A stretch of DNA of 62,000 nucleotides from Chiloscyllium plagiosum (GCF_004010195.1 NC_057754.1:8740566-8802565), one strand, 5' to 3'. Positions 35,375 to 48,764 are shown, counted from the first letter of the stretch. Numbers and translations are program-made. Notes: generated from the letters alone by a model not told the origin.

Positions 35375-37645
35375 CACGTGAACATCAGTGGTGAGGCTAG
35401 CATGAATTGCCCATCCGTAATTGCCCTGGAGTCAGTGTTGGCGAGCCTGTCTTCTTGAAACGTTGCTGTTCCTGGGGTGTAGGGGCATCCAGTTTCCTGT
35501 TAGACAGAGGGTTCCAGGATAACAGTGATGGAATAGGAGATATGGTTCCAAATCAGGATGGTGACAGACATTTAGGGGAAATTTCAACCGGTGGTGTTCC
35601 CATGTATCTGCTGCCCTTGTCCTGCTAGGTAGCACAGGTTTCATATTTGGAAGGTCTTGTTAAAGTGGTGAATTACTGCAGTTCATCCCGGGTCGATGAT
35701 GCACACTGCTGCCACGGCCCATTGTTACTGAAGGGACTGTATTTTGGAGGTGGTGGATGAGGTGCTGCTGAAGTAGTTGCTTTGTTCTGGATGGTGTCAA
35801 GCTTCTTGAGTGTCATTGGAGCTGCACCCATCAAGACAAGTGAAGGCTATTCCATCACATTCCTCGCTTGTGCCTTTTGGATGGCATACAGGCTTTGGGG
35901 AAACAGGAGGCAAGCTACTTGCTGCAGAATTCCTAGCCTCTGACTTGCTCTTGCGACAACATATGTAAAAATCTCATCTAGTTCTTTTGGGTAACACCCA
36001 GGCCATTGATAATGGGGGAATTCAGTATTCGTAATGCAATTGAATGTCAAGGGGTGATAATTAGATGCTCTTAAGTTGAAGGTGGTCATTACCTGGCACT
36101 TGTGTGGCACAAATGTCATTTGCCACTTATCAGCCCAATTCTGGATTTTGTCCAGATCTTGCTGCCTATAGGCACACAGTACTTCAGTACCTGAAGAGTT
36201 GAGAATAGCAGTGAAAATTATGCAATCATTGGTGAACATCTCCATTTCTGACCTTATGACAGAGGGAAAGTCTTTGATGAGGCGGTTGAAGATGGTTGGG
36301 CCTAGAGCAGTACCCGAAGGAACACCTACAGAGATGTCCTGAAATTGAAGTGACTGACCTCCAACAACCACAATTGTCTTGCTTTGTGCTAGGTCTGACT
36401 GTAACCAGTGCAGAGGTTTCCCTAATGCCCACTGACTCCAATTTGGTCAGCCCCCATTTCTCGATATCACTGGGAACGAGTTGAATTGGCTGAAGACCAA
36501 TGTTGGGAAGCTTAGAGGCAGAGGCTGAGATGGATCATCCATTAGTCAACGTCTGGCTGAAGATTGTTGTAAATGCCTTGTCTATTGCATTAATATGCTG
36601 AGCTCCCCCACATTTGAGGATGGCAACATTTGTGGAGCCTTCACTTCCTATAGCTGTTTCATTGTCCACCATCATTCATGACTGGATATAGCAGGTCTAG
36701 AAAGCTTACGTATGATCAGTTAGTCCTGTCTATTGAATGCTTCTTTCGCTGTTTGGTATTCCAGTACTTGTATACTGTAGCTTTACCAAATTGACTCTCC
36801 ATTTTAAGATATGCCTGGTGCTGTTCCTGGCATACCCTCCTGCAATCCTTATTGAACTGCGGATGATCTCTCAGCCTGGTGGTACTGGTAATGTGGAGCG
36901 ATATGTTGGGCTGTGAGGTTAGAGACTGCAGTCAAATACAAATTTGCCGTCGACACCCAGCACCTCCTGGCTGTCCAGTTTTGAGTTGCTAGATCTGTTG
37001 AAAGGCTGTCCCAGTCATCACGTAGTATGTGATGGAGGTATACTCAATGTGAAGGTGGGATCTTGTCTCCACAAGGACTGTGCTATGGTCACTCTTGCTA
37101 ATAGTGTCATGGACTCATCTTCAGTATGTAGACTGGTGAAGATGAGCTGAAGTAGATTCTTCTCTTTATCATAGGCCTCTGCCACCAGCCACAGACCCAG
37201 TTTGGCAGCGATATCCTTTGAGACTCAGTCATCCCAGTTAGTAATAGTGCTCCTTAGCTATTCTTGGTAATGGACAATGAAGAAGCCCACCCAGAGTACA
37301 TTCTGCGACCATGTCAACCTCAGTGCTTCTTTCAACTGGTGCTCAACATGAAGGAGTTCATCAGCAGACGAGTGGACAGTACATGGTAATCAGAGGAGGC
37401 TTCCTTGTCCATGTTTGACCCACTGAAACTTCATAGAGCCCAGAATCAATGTTGAAGATTCACAGTGCAACTCCTTCCAGGGTGTATATTGACATGCATC
37501 AGCTCTGTTCCATGAGCACAGATAGCAATGGTGGTGTCAGGCTGTTGGCCATAAGGTACAAATCTGTGAAAATGACTACATCAAACTGTTGCTCAGCTAA
37601 TCTGTGGGACAACTCTCCCAATTTTACCACAAGCCCCTGGATGTT
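35375..37645 (-). mobile_element. LINE family B (CR1/L2 group), decayed ORF2 and tail
   Basis: GVPSGTALGPTIF, MFTNDC, WADKWQMTFVPHKCQVM; homologous to 51085-52990. Confidence 0.85.
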
Positions 37646-39060
37646 GGTAATGTCATGCCCTTATTCAGAAAGGGAGGGAAAATGTGGGAAATTAAAGACC
37701 AGTTAGCTTAACATCTGTTATTGGGAAAGAATTAGAATTAGTTATCAAAGAAGCAATACCAGGACATTTGGAAAGTCAAAACGCTGTTCATCAGAGTCAG
37801 CCCAGTTTTGTGAAGAGCAAATTACGTTTGACTGATTTGCTAGAGTTCTTTGAAGAAGTAACAAGCAAAGTGGATAATGGGAATCCTGTGGATGCAATAT
37901 ATCTGGTCTTCTGAAAGCATTTGATAAGATGCCACACAAAAGATTAATTTACAAGGTTGAATCATATGGGATTAGGGGTAAAATTATTAGCCTGGATAGA
38001 TGACTGGCTGCTGGACATAAGACAAAGAGTCAGGATAAATGGTTTTCTTCTGAATGACAAGATGTAACTAGTGGGGTGCCACAGGGTTCGGTCCTTGGAC
38101 CCCACTATTTACAATCTACATGAATGACTTGGATACAGGGATGGAAGGCTCTTTGGTCAAATTTGCCGACGACACAAAAATAAGCAGGACAATAAATTGC
38201 ATTGAGGAAACAGGAACCTTACAAATGGATATAGATAGGTTAGGAGGGTGGGCTAAAATGTGGCCGATGGCATTTAATGTCGATAAATGCGAGGTCATGC
38301 ATTTTGATTGTAAAAGGCGACCTATCATCTTAATGGGGAGAGTCTTCAGGGTTCTCTGGTGCAGAGGGATCTAGATGTCCTCGTTCATGAGTCACAGAAA
38401 ACGAGCATGCAGGTACAGCAGATAATAAAGTGAATTGAATGTTGACTTTTATAGTTAAAAGAATAGAATAGAAAAGGTAAGGAAGGATTGTTGCAACGAT
38501 ACAAGGTATTGGTGAGACCACACCTGGAGTATTGTGCAGAGTTTTGGTCCCCTTATTTGAGGAATGATGTCGTGGTATTGGAGGTAGTTCAGAGGAGATT
38601 CAATAGATTGATCCGAGAGATGAGGGGGTTGTCGTATGAAGAGAGATTGAACAGTTTAGGCTTATACTGTCTGGATTTGAAGAATGAAGGGAGATCAAAT
38701 TGAGGTATTCAAAGATAAAAGGAATGGATAAAACAGACATGGAGCAGATGCTTCCTCTTGTGGGGCATTCCACGAGATGTCATATTCAAAGGGGTAGCAA
38801 TTTTAAAACCGAGCTGAGGAGTAACTACTTTTCCCACAGGGTTGTGAATTTGTGGAATTCGCTACCTCCAAAGTGCGGTGGATGCTGGGACAGTGAGAAA
38901 AGTTAAGGGGGAGTTAGACCAATTTTTAATAGGTAATGGGTTGAAGGGTTATGGGGAGAAGGCAAGAAAATGGGTGTGAGGACCAGACCAGCTTTGATCG
39001 AATGGCGGAACAGACTCGATGGGCTGAGTGGCCTAATTCTGCTCCTATATCTAATGAACT
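37645..39060 (+). mobile_element. Older CR1 RT to 3' end
   Basis: VKFADDTKI, VRPHLEYCAEFWSP, YFSHRVVNLWNSLP. Confidence 0.9.
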
Positions 39061-39236
39061 TTGCAGGGCTGGTTTTGCCCTAGTCTTTTCCGGTGCCTAG
39101 GTCAAGACAGGGTGAATCGGTCCAGTGCGATTTATTTTTTTTATCCTTAATCGCAGTTTGATACAACTGAGTGGCTTGTTGAGCCATTGCAGTAAGCAGT
39201 TAAGACTCAGAGTGAATTATATTCCTGTGTGTGTTG

Positions 39237-39560
39237 GGGCGGCATAGTGGCTCAGTGGTTAACACTGCTGCCTCACAGCAGCAGGGTCCCAGGTTTGATT
39301 CCAGCCTCGGGCAAATGTCTGTATGGAGTTTGCACGTTCTCCCTGTGTCTGCATGAGATTTCCTCTGGGTGCTCCGGTTTCCTCCCAGAGTCCAAAGATG
39401 TGCAGGTCAGGTGAATTGGCCATGCTAAATTGCCCATAGCGTTAGGTGCATTAGTCAGAGGGAAGTGGGTCTGGATGGGTTACTCTTCGGAGGGTCTGTG
39501 TGGACTGGTTGGGCCGAAGGGCCTGTTTCCACACTGTCGAGGACCTAATCTAATCTAATC
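39237..39560 (+). mobile_element. HE1/V-SINE, nested in a minus-strand family-B SINE (about 39130-39780)
   Basis: Full head, V-domain and TAATC tail. Confidence 0.92.
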
Positions 39561-39808
39561 ATGTATATCAGACCAAATAAATAGGGCAGATTTTCGTCAC
39601 TAATTAAATGGGTTTTTACAATGATTGATAGTTACATGCTAATTGCTAGTCTAGCTTTTAATCAAATATGTAGTGAATTCAAATTTCACCATTTGCTATG
39701 ATGGGATTCAAATCTATGTCCCCAGAACATTAACCTGGTGCTCTGGTTACTAGTTCAGTGATACTACCCCTACCCCTAGCCCCCCCAGAACATTGCCCTA
39801 GCCTGGAG

Positions 39809-39814
39809 TTTATT
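39809..39814 (-). promoter_or_regulatory. Candidate poly(A) signal of ZNF-C
   Basis: AATAAA on minus, about 90 nt downstream of the stop codon. Confidence 0.5.
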
Positions 39815-39902
39815 AACATAAGTAGAAACAGATCCCAATGAGCATCGAAGTGACTGACAGCAATATCCCATCATTGCAGTCAGTAATGAACTTGGTGGTG
39901 TT

Positions 39903-40424
39903 TCAGCAGTTGGGATGATTGACTGAATCTCTTCCCACACTTGAAGCATGTGAATGATCACTCTCCAGTTTCTGCCTAGTGTGGATCCGCTGGTGTGTCG
40001 ACAGGCTGGATGACAGAGTGAACCCCTTCCCACACTCGGAGCAGGTGAACGGCCTCTCCCCGGTGTGGACTCGCCGGTGCACCAGCAGGTTGGAGGAATT
40101 AGTGAATCCATTTCCACAGTCAGGGCAGATGAATGGCCTCTCCCCGGTGTGGACTCGCTGGTGTCTCCGGAGGTGGGATGACTGAGTGAATCCCTTTCCG
40201 CACACGGAGCAGACGAATGGGGTCTCTCCAGTGTAACTGCGCCGGTGTGTTTCCAGCTCAGACGGGAATCGGAACCCCTTGCCACAGTCCCCGCACTTCC
40301 ATGGTTTCTCCCTTTTATGGCTCCATTTGTGCTTCGACAGCCCAGAGGCTTGGCTGAAACCCCGTCCACACACAGGACATATGTATGGTTTCTCTTCACT
40401 GTGAACAGCACATTTCCCCTCCAT
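39903..40424 (-). CDS. C2H2 zinc-finger protein (ZNF-C), 173 aa, five fingers (second has His to Tyr)
   Basis: Open frame with TGERPF linkers; first ATG of an exon beginning at 40496 (acceptor TTTCATAG/G); in-frame upstream stop; sixth finger out of frame. Confidence 0.72.
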   Translation of the reverse strand: MEGKCAVHSEEKPYICPVCGRGFSQASGLSKHKWSHKREKPWKCGDCGKGFRFPSELETHRRSYTGETPFVCSVCGKGFTQSSHLRRHQRVHTGERPFICPDCGNGFTNSSNLLVHRRVHTGERPFTCSECGKGFTLSSSLSTHQRIHTRQKLESDHSHASSVGRDSVNHPNC

Positions 40425-40974
40425 GTGGTTATGATATATTGGATAATGCTCTCAGATCCTGAAGTTTCCAAAATGTGAATCCTCCCCTTCTACTTCCTAT
40501 GAAATTGTTATGAAACAGAAAAAAGCAAGAGTGAGGGACTCACAAAAGTTCAAAGACACATTTGGACATCAACCCTAACGTCTCAATGTAGTTCAGTGGC
40601 AAATGTTTCCTTATAACACTCCTGTGAAACAGCTTGGAATGATCTATTACACAAAAGGCACTATATGAATGCAAATTATTGTTAATTTGGACATATATTG
40701 CTCTTTCTTCTTCATCGCTGGGTGAATAACCTGTAACTCCTCACCCAACAGAATTGTAAGAGCACCTTCATCACATAGACTGCACTAGTTCTAAAAGACC
40801 AAACATCATCTTCTCCATGTACAACTGTGAATGGACAACACCATATTAGCTGGTCTTGTTAGTGAAAGAGCAGGAGAGTTGGACGATCTGAACTGCAGAG
40901 AGTCAGCACAGGCATAACGAGCGAAATAGCATCTTTTTGCAGTGTGATTAGTTAACTATTCTCTGACTGCTTTT

Positions 40975-41150
40975 AAACATTCATTCACAGGACAAGGGTG
41001 TCACTGGCTTGGCCATCATTCATCGCCCATCCCTAATTGCCCAGAGGGCAGTTAAGGGTCAACCACATTGCTGTGGGTCAGGAACCACATAGTAAAGAGG
41101 TAAGGATGGCAGTTTCAGTCCTTAAGGGATGTTAGTGAACCAGATGGTAC
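40975..41150 (-). mobile_element. Family-B SINE 3' half
   Basis: Reverse complement of 8880-9060. Confidence 0.78.
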
Positions 41151-43485
41151 AGTCATAGAGTCATAGAAATGTACAGCATGGAAACAGACCCTTCGGTCCA
41201 ACCCGTCCATGCCGACCAGATATCCCACCCCAATATAGTCCCACCTGCCAGCACCCAGCCCATATCCCTCCAAATCCTTCCTATTCATATACCAATCCAA
41301 ATGCCTCTTAAATGTTGCAATTGTACCAGCCTCCACCACTTCCTCTGGCAGCTCATTCCATACACGTACCACCCTCTGTGTGAAAAAGCTGCCACTTAGG
41401 TCTCTTTTATATCTTTCCCCTCTCACCCTAAACCTATGCCCTCTAGTTCTGGATTCTCCCATCCAAGGGAAAAGATTTTGTCTATTTATCCTATTTATGC
41501 TCCACATAATTTTGTAAACCTCTATAAGGTCACCTCTCAGCCTCCGCCGCTCCAGGAAAACAGCCCCCCCCGTAGCTCAAATCCTCCAACCCTGGCAACA
41601 TCCTTGTAAATCCTTTCTGAACCCTTTCAAGTTTCACAACATCTTTCCAATAGGAAGGAGACCAGAATTGCACGCAATATTCCAACAGTAGCCTAACCAA
41701 TGTCCTGTACAGCCACAACATGACCTTTCAACTCCTGTACTCAATACTCTGACCAATAAAGAAAAGCATACCAAATGCCTTCCTCACTATCCTATCTACC
41801 TGCGACTCCACTTTCAAGGAGCTATGAACCTGCATTCCAAGGTCTCTTTGTTCAGCAACACTCCCTAGGACCTTACCATTGAGTATAAAAGTCCTGCTCA
41901 GCTTTGCTTTCCCAAAATGCAGCACCTCACATTTATATGAATTAAACTCCATCTGCCACTTCTCAGCCCATTGGCCCATCTGGTCAAGATCCTGTTGTAA
42001 TCAGAGGTAATCTTCTTCGCTGTCCACTACACCTCCAATTTTGGAGTCATCTGCAAACTTACTAACTGTACCTCTTATGCTCGCACCCAAATCATTTATG
42101 TAAATGACAAAAAGTAGAGGGCCCAGCACTGATCCTTGTGGCACTCCACTGGTCACAGGCCTCCAGTCTGAAAAACAACCCTCCACCACCACCCTGTCTT
42201 CTACCTTTCAGACAGTTCTGTATCCAAATGGCTAGTTAGTGTCAGAGAGATATACGAGATCTAACCTTGCTAACCAGTCTCCCATGGGGAACCTTGTCGA
42301 ATGGCTTACTGAAGTCCTTATAGATCACATCTACTGCTCTGCCCTCATCAATCCTCTTTGTTACTTTTGTTTAGATTATTTACAGTGTGGAAACAGGCCC
42401 TTCGACCCTACAACTCCACATCGACCTGCCGAAGCGCAACCCATCCCAGACCCATTCCCCTACATTTACCCCTTCACCTAACACTATGGGCAATTTAGCA
42501 TGGCCAATTCACCTAACCTGCACATTTTTGGACTGTGGGAGGAAATCGGAGCACCTGGAGGAAACCCACTCAGACACGGGGAGAATGTGCAAACTCCACA
42601 CAGTGAGCCGCCTGAGGCGGGAATTGAACCCGGGTCTCCGGCGCTGTGAGGCAGCAGTGATAACCATTGTGCCACCGCGCTGCCCATGTGCCATGTGCCA
42701 CCGTGCCGCCCATCTTCTTCAAAAAACTCAATCAAGTTTGTGAGACATGATTTCCCACGCACAAAGCCATGTTGACTATTCCTAATCAATCCTTGCCTTT
42801 CCAAATACATGTACATCCTGCCCCTCAGGTTTCCCTCCAACAACTTACCCACCACCGACGTCAGGCTCACTGGTCTATAGTTCTCTGGCTTGTCCTTACT
42901 ATCCTTCTTAAAGACTGGCACCAAGTTAGCCAACCTCCAGTCTTCCAGCACCTCACCTTTAACTATCGTTGATACAAATATCTCAGCAAGAGGCCCAGCA
43001 ATCACTTCTCTAGCTTCCCACAGAGTTCTAGGGTACACCTGATCAGGTCCTGGGGAATTATCCACCTTTGAGTTTCAAGACATCCAGCACTTCCTCCTCT
43101 GTAATATGGACATTTTGCAAGGTGTCACCATCTATTTCGCTACTTTCTATATCTTCCACAGTAAATACTGATGCAAAATACTCATTTAGTATCTCCCCCA
43201 TTTTCTGCAGCTCCACACACACAAAGGCCGCCTTGCTGATCTTTGAGGGGCCCTATTCTCTCCCTAGTTATCCTTTTGTCCTTAATGTATTTGTAAAAAC
43301 CCTTTGGATTCTCCTTAACTCTATTTGCCAAAGCTATCTCATGTCCCCATTTTGCCCTCCTGATTTCCCTCTTAAGTATACTCCTACTGCCTTTATACTC
43401 TCCTAAGGATTCACTTGATCTATCCTGTCAATACCTTACATATGCTTCCTTCTTTTCTTAACCAAACCCTCAATTTCTTTAGTCA
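41151..43485 (-). mobile_element. CR1 ORF2 RT to tail with nested HE1
   Basis: [43 protein letters not shown] tail. Confidence 0.95.
42370..42712 (-). mobile_element. HE1/V-SINE with tandemly duplicated 5' end
   Basis: GTGCCACCG(C/T)GC(T/C)GCCCAT occurs twice at 42670-42713. Confidence 0.92.
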
Positions 43486-43766
43486 ACACCGAAGAAGTGG
43501 TGAGCCTGTAGAATTCATTGCCACAGGAAGTAGTTGATGCCAAAACATTGAATGTATTCAAGAGGCAGCTAGAAGTAGCACTTGGGGCAAATGGGGTCAA
43601 AGGTTATGGAGAGAAAGCAGGATTAGACTATTGAGTTGGACAATCAGCCATGATCGTGGTGAACGGAGCAGACTCGAAGGGCCCAATGGCCTCCTCTTGC
43701 TATCTTCTATTTTTCTATATTTATATAGGAGCTACAGCTGACATTGTTATATACTTAGTCAAAATG

Positions 43767-44075
43767 GGGTGGCACAGCGATAGGGACCTGGGTTCAATTC
43801 CACCCTCAGGTGACTGTTTGTGTGGAATTTGCAGGTGGCTTTCCTCTGGGTGCTCTGGTTTCCTTCCACAGTCTAAATATGTGCCAGTTAGATACAGAGG
43901 CAATGCTAAATTGCCTACAGTGTCCAGGGATGTGTAGTTAGGTGGATAAGCCATGACAAATGCAGAGTTACAGGGATAGGGTAGAGGGGTTGGTATGGGT
44001 GGGATGCTCTTATGATTGGTTGGTGTAGCCTCGATGGGCTGGATGGCCTGCTTCTGCACTACAGGGATTCTATGA
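43767..44075 (+). mobile_element. HE1/V-SINE (deleted, older)
   Basis: B-box GGTTCAATTCC, V-domain and ATTCTATG tail. Confidence 0.85.
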
Positions 44076-44089
44076 TAAAGAAAGGTGTT

Positions 44090-44730
44090 ATTTGTAATGA
44101 AGCTCTACAAGCTTTTGACAAATATTTTAATTCAAGATAAAATAAGGTTCTTGAAAGAGCAAGATTTAACAGAGGATGATAACATTCAAAGGAATCCATT
44201 AATAATCTTTGTATATTAGTTGGAAACTGTGGCTATGGAACATTGAAGTCAGAATTGATCAAAGTCAGATTTGCTGTAGGAGTTATTAATGAGTCTTTAT
44301 CAGAGTTATTACTGTCCAAAGATCTGACTTTGGAGAAAGCAATTCAGACTGTGCGGGGAGGAGAAACAAGGAAGAATCCCAGACAAATCAAGACAGGAGA
44401 GCAAACAAGGAGCAAACAGAATCCATCTACTTGATAAGGTATGAAATGTTCTATAAGCATGTTTGAGAAGCCAATCCAAAGAGTACGTTAAACATCAGAG
44501 TCAGTGCCAGCACTGTTGAACAAAAATGTCTAAGAACAAGCAGCATCCTGTTATGACAAAAGGATGCCACATCTGGAAAACTATAAGCCACTTTCAGAAG
44601 ATATACAGAAGAAAGATGTAGTTTCAAAGCAGCAAAAACTCAAATGCCTACTCATACAAAGCTGTTAATGCAATAGAAACACCTGCATTATAAAAGATGC
44701 AGTGCATTCCAAAGGGAAATTGTTAATCCA
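44090..44730 (+). mobile_element. Gypsy/Ty3 LTR retrotransposon gag relic
   Basis: NKVLERARFNR, SELIKVRFAVGVINESLSELLLSKDLTLEKAIQ, then decayed zinc knuckle CQHC...KGCHIWK..HF. Confidence 0.75.
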
Positions 44731-45019
44731 AACATCTTAAGTTTGGCAAAAGCTGGTGGAGTTTTAAAATCGGCTTTTATTCATTAGAATTTAGAAGAAT
44801 GCAGTGGGGTAATCTTACTTTAAACATACAAAATTCTGAGAGAATTGACTGGATATATGTTGAAAATGTTTCTAGCAATGGGAGAATCTCAAACAAGTGG
44901 CATTGTTACAGAATAAAGGGACACTCATTTAAAACTGAGATGTGAAAGAATCTTTTTTGTCCGGAGGACCACATGGCTGGAATTCTTACTGTAGAGAGTT
45001 GTCGAGGCTAGATCACAAA

Positions 45020-45340
45020 GGGCGGCACAGTGGCTCAGCGGTTAGCACTGCTACCTCACAGGGTCACGGGTTCGATTCTTGCCTCGGGTGACTGTGTGTG
45101 TGGAGTTTGCACGTTGTCCCCATGTCGGCATGGGTTTCCTCCAGGTGCGCCGGTTTCCTCCCACAGTCCAAAGATGTGCAGGTTAGATGAATTGCACATA
45201 GTGTTCAGGGATGTGTAGGTTAGGTGCCTGAGCCAGGGGTAAATATAGGATAGGGGGGAATGAGTCTGGGTGCGTTACTCCTCAGAGGGTTGGTGTGGAC
45301 TTGTTGGCAGAAGAGCCTGTTTCCATGTAGGGATTCTATG
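45020..45340 (+). mobile_element. HE1/V-SINE within an old CR1 3' fragment (about 44770-45480)
   Basis: Head, V-domain and tail. Confidence 0.9.
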
Positions 45341-46334
45341 ACATATTAAAAGAGGCAGTAAGTAGATTTGAGAAGCTGAGGGCTATGATAAGCTGGCACA
45401 AAGTTGAGACCTGGGGCAGAGCAGCCATGAGTTTTTGGATGGTGGGCAGGGACCAAATGCCTATTCCTGCTTCAAATCTAATATTTGTATCATTCATTTT
45501 TAATTAATTTTTCTCATCCATTTTAACGTTAATGCAGGGTCAAGTATCATGATACAAAATTGAATACCAAGCTGAAGAACAGAAGCAGCAGCCCACAGAT
45601 GCAACTAAATGGTCTCTCTGGCAAAACTCTCATACAACACAAACAACATAACACTTACAATCAACACTTCTCACTCTTAAGACTGCAAGCACATCCTTGA
45701 GGCATCAGAAGGATGATGTTCAAGTAGTTCTGTAAGATGGTGTACAGGTCAAAAGAAACCAAGTTATGCAAAGTCTATTCAAAAAGAAGCCAGTCAGAGA
45801 ATAACTGATCAAGGAAAACACTGTTGCTTTCAGCGAGCGTCCTGGAAATAATAATTTCTTGACAGAACACAAAATGAAGAAAGACTATATTGAGATGACC
45901 TTAGCTTGCATGAGTAACACTCCATAAATCAATCGATAGGGAATCTGTGACAATGTAGGGGTGGTGGAAATGTTTTTCCATTCTGATCTTCACTCAAGAA
46001 CACTCAGATGTCAGAAATCAAATTGTGAACAAATGAAATACGAGAAGACGGAGAAGTCCAGCTCATGATTCCTCAGTGAACTTAAGTTCTACAGGCAACA
46101 CAACTATCTGCCTGGCACACTGTTAGAGCAGGTTTGAATTTGTTGTCAGATGATGAAATGGGACAAGTTCATTTATATATACATTCATACATGTGTATAT
46201 CGATATTGCAAATCGTTCATCATTAAGACCTTGGGATCCAAATACTGTAGCTGGATAGACAAGTTGCCACTATTCTGTTCTGCTGGAAGCAAGCTTGATC
46301 CCTGCCCAACCCTCCCTTATGAAGATCTTTGCCC

Positions 46335-46705
46335 TCTACAAAGATGGCGGCAGAGGTGCAGCAGACCACATATTAAATACCCCCTAACCACCCCAATGAA
46401 GATGGCGGTTGTCACCCGGGGCCGAACACTGAGAGTTACCGCCCCACACACTGCAAATTGCGAGAGATAACCCACTTTATTGAAGATTTGCGATTAATAC
46501 AAGATGTTTATGAATCTTTCCCGTTCGATCGCGAGATCCATCGCTCGCTCCGCTACGCCCTATTCTTACCGTCGCTGATCAGAGAAAAGAACCTCCTCCC
46601 CTCGCCGCACCTTGTCCGCGCATGCTCCCCAGACACTGGCACAATACGCCTGCGCATCTTTTCCCAGTTATGAATAGGGTCTATTCTCCGCTGCGGCGAA
46701 TGCTG
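46335..46705 (-). promoter_or_regulatory. CpG-rich promoter and first exon (P2), probably of ZNF-C
   Basis: YY1 motifs AAGATGGCGG at 46341 and 46399; NRF1-like GCGCATGC at 46618; minus donor CG/GTAAGA at 46569; high CpG density. Confidence 0.72.
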
Positions 46706-46835
46706 GGTAATATCCCTCCATGAAAAATTTATGTTTTCTTAAATAAGGGAAATGCGGATGCTGGATCTCTGAAACAAAACCAGAAATTGCTGGAGAAACC
46801 CAGTATGTCTGGTAGCATCAGAGAAGAGAAAACAG

Positions 46836-46933
46836 TGGCTTCACTTGGAGGTCGCCACTGATGATGCTACCTAGCCAGGTAACGAAATGTCTGGATATCA
46901 AATCTACAGCTCAGCGAGCAAACCTACACACCT
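46836..46933 (+). mobile_element. Penelope family B 98-bp hammerhead mini-insertion, 9-bp TSD
   Basis: Matches 6694-6790; AGAAAACAG at 46827-46835 and 46934-46942; hammerhead 46855-46894 with ACGT changed to ATGT. Confidence 0.9.
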
Positions 46934-47146
46934 AGAAAACAGAGTTTCCAGTCCAGTGACTCTTCTTCAGATGCTGAGTATTGTAAAGTTGGGGAGAATA
47001 ATTGTAGATTGGGAGACAGGAATTTAGAATTTGGTGGGGGGTGGGGTCTTTAAAAGATGATGTTTTTTCAGTGCTCATAGTTAAAATGGATGTTTTTGAG
47101 CATCTTTAAAGTTTGGAGGAACCTAGAGCACACAAACTGAAACATT

Positions 47147-47402
47147 TCATAGAATCATAAAATCCCTACAATGTGTAAATTAGGCCATTTGGCCCAACAA
47201 GTCCAACCTGACCCTTCGAAGAGTATCCCACCCAGACCCATTCACCTACCCTACTATGCAACATTTCCCTTGACTAATGCACCTAACCTAATTCATGAAC
47301 ACTATAGGCAATTCAGCATGGCCAATTCACCTAACCTGCACACCTTCAGATAGTGGGAGGAAACCGGAGCACCTGGAGGACACGGAAGAATGTGCAAACT
47401 CC
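47147..47402 (-). mobile_element. HE1/V-SINE 3' part within the LTR
   Basis: Absent from the paralogous LTR at about 49845. Confidence 0.9.
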
Positions 47403-47926
47403 TTTGTATCCAAAGGCTGTACAGTTAGCAGGCCAAGCAGCAGTTTGTATCAAGAAAACAGTCTTTTTTAAATTTAGCCAATCAATTTAAACCAAGCACT
47501 TAGATACCAAAAATCAATTAAATTTAAATCTGATGTTTTGACAACATTGGACCGATCCTATGTAAAAAATACTGTTATGTCATCAAGGGTATAAAACAAA
47601 GGTGCAGTTGGACAAAGACCCTAGACCCAACTACCAACTGCCAGAGCCAACAGCCCTCAGCTCGAGAGAGAGAGAACTTGGTTCTCACAGTCATCCATGT
47701 ATTAGAGAAAGCATCATCTTAAAAAAATGTTACCAATGATGAAATGACAGAAGAATTGGAGGAAGCATTCCTGACAGAAGAACGATGGAAGGCACACAGA
47801 ACATTCTGGAAGACATGTAACCTAGCTGTAATTGCAGGAGACTAAATTCTATTTGTTTGTATGAGTGGGAAATGTATTCATTGGAACAGCATACTGTTAG
47901 AATCTTGTTTTATTCATGAATAGATA

Positions 47927-48132
47927 GTCATAGAGTCATAGAGATGTACAGCATGGAAACAGACCCTTCGGTCCAACCCATCCACGCCGACCAGATATCC
48001 CAACCCAATCTAGTCCCACCTGCCAGCACCCAGCCCATATCTCTCCAAACCCTTCCTATTCATATACCAATCCAAATGCCTCTTAAATGTTGCAATTGTA
48101 CCAGCCTCCACCACTTCCTCTGGCAGCTCATC
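47927..48132 (-). mobile_element. CR1 3' terminal fragment
   Basis: Near-identical to 41151-41355 and 2275-2475. Confidence 0.93.
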
Positions 48133-48320
48133 CCAGACACTGCTGTTGGTGGGTCTGTCCTCCCAGCGGGTTGGCGGGATTTTGCGCAGGCACTGTTGGT
48201 GGGACTACTCCAGCCCCTTGAGGTGTCCACGTCTCAGAGCCCTATAGGAGGGTCCGAACCACCACAGCTCTGAATACCATTATCTTGGTGTCGGATCTGA
48301 TGTTGTTATCCTCCTAAGCT
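48133..48320 (-). mobile_element. RTE-clade (BovB-like) LINE fragment
   Basis: Minus translation EDNNIRSDTKIMVFRAVVVRTLL*GSETWT..HLKGLE*SHQQCLRKI..TRWEDRPTNSSV. Confidence 0.82.
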
Positions 48321-48764
48321 TGAGCCTATCTTCTCCTGAATACTTCCTTCGCTGATTGGTATCAGTAAATTCGACTCATGTCAATTAGACAGACTGGTGG
48401 AAGTGAATCAACCTTGGACATCTCAGCTGGTTGCAGTGGAAATGACCATAATGGATATCATTCTGACAGAGGGACCATATATGCCAGGGGCATGTCTTAG
48501 GGATCAATTTTAACACTCAGAGACCAAATTGAATTTTTTTTAAAAATCAGAAGCATGTCATTCTTGAGCCTGCATATTGTAGCATAATTCTCCAATAAAC
48601 CACACAAAACATAGAACGTATGGAGCCAAACCAAAGGTGAATGCTGTGCCCAAAACTTTACAGTGGCTCATTGTGTTGTGCTGTGGTGTGCTGGAAGCAA
48701 AGGGTTAACTGTACCACTATAATAACATACAGTACAAACCACAGTACATGATAGCTACTGCGCA

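Noticed and set aside
39776..40471. 231-aa minus ORF overlapping ZNF-C
   Set aside because: Shadow frame of the finger array, non-ATG start
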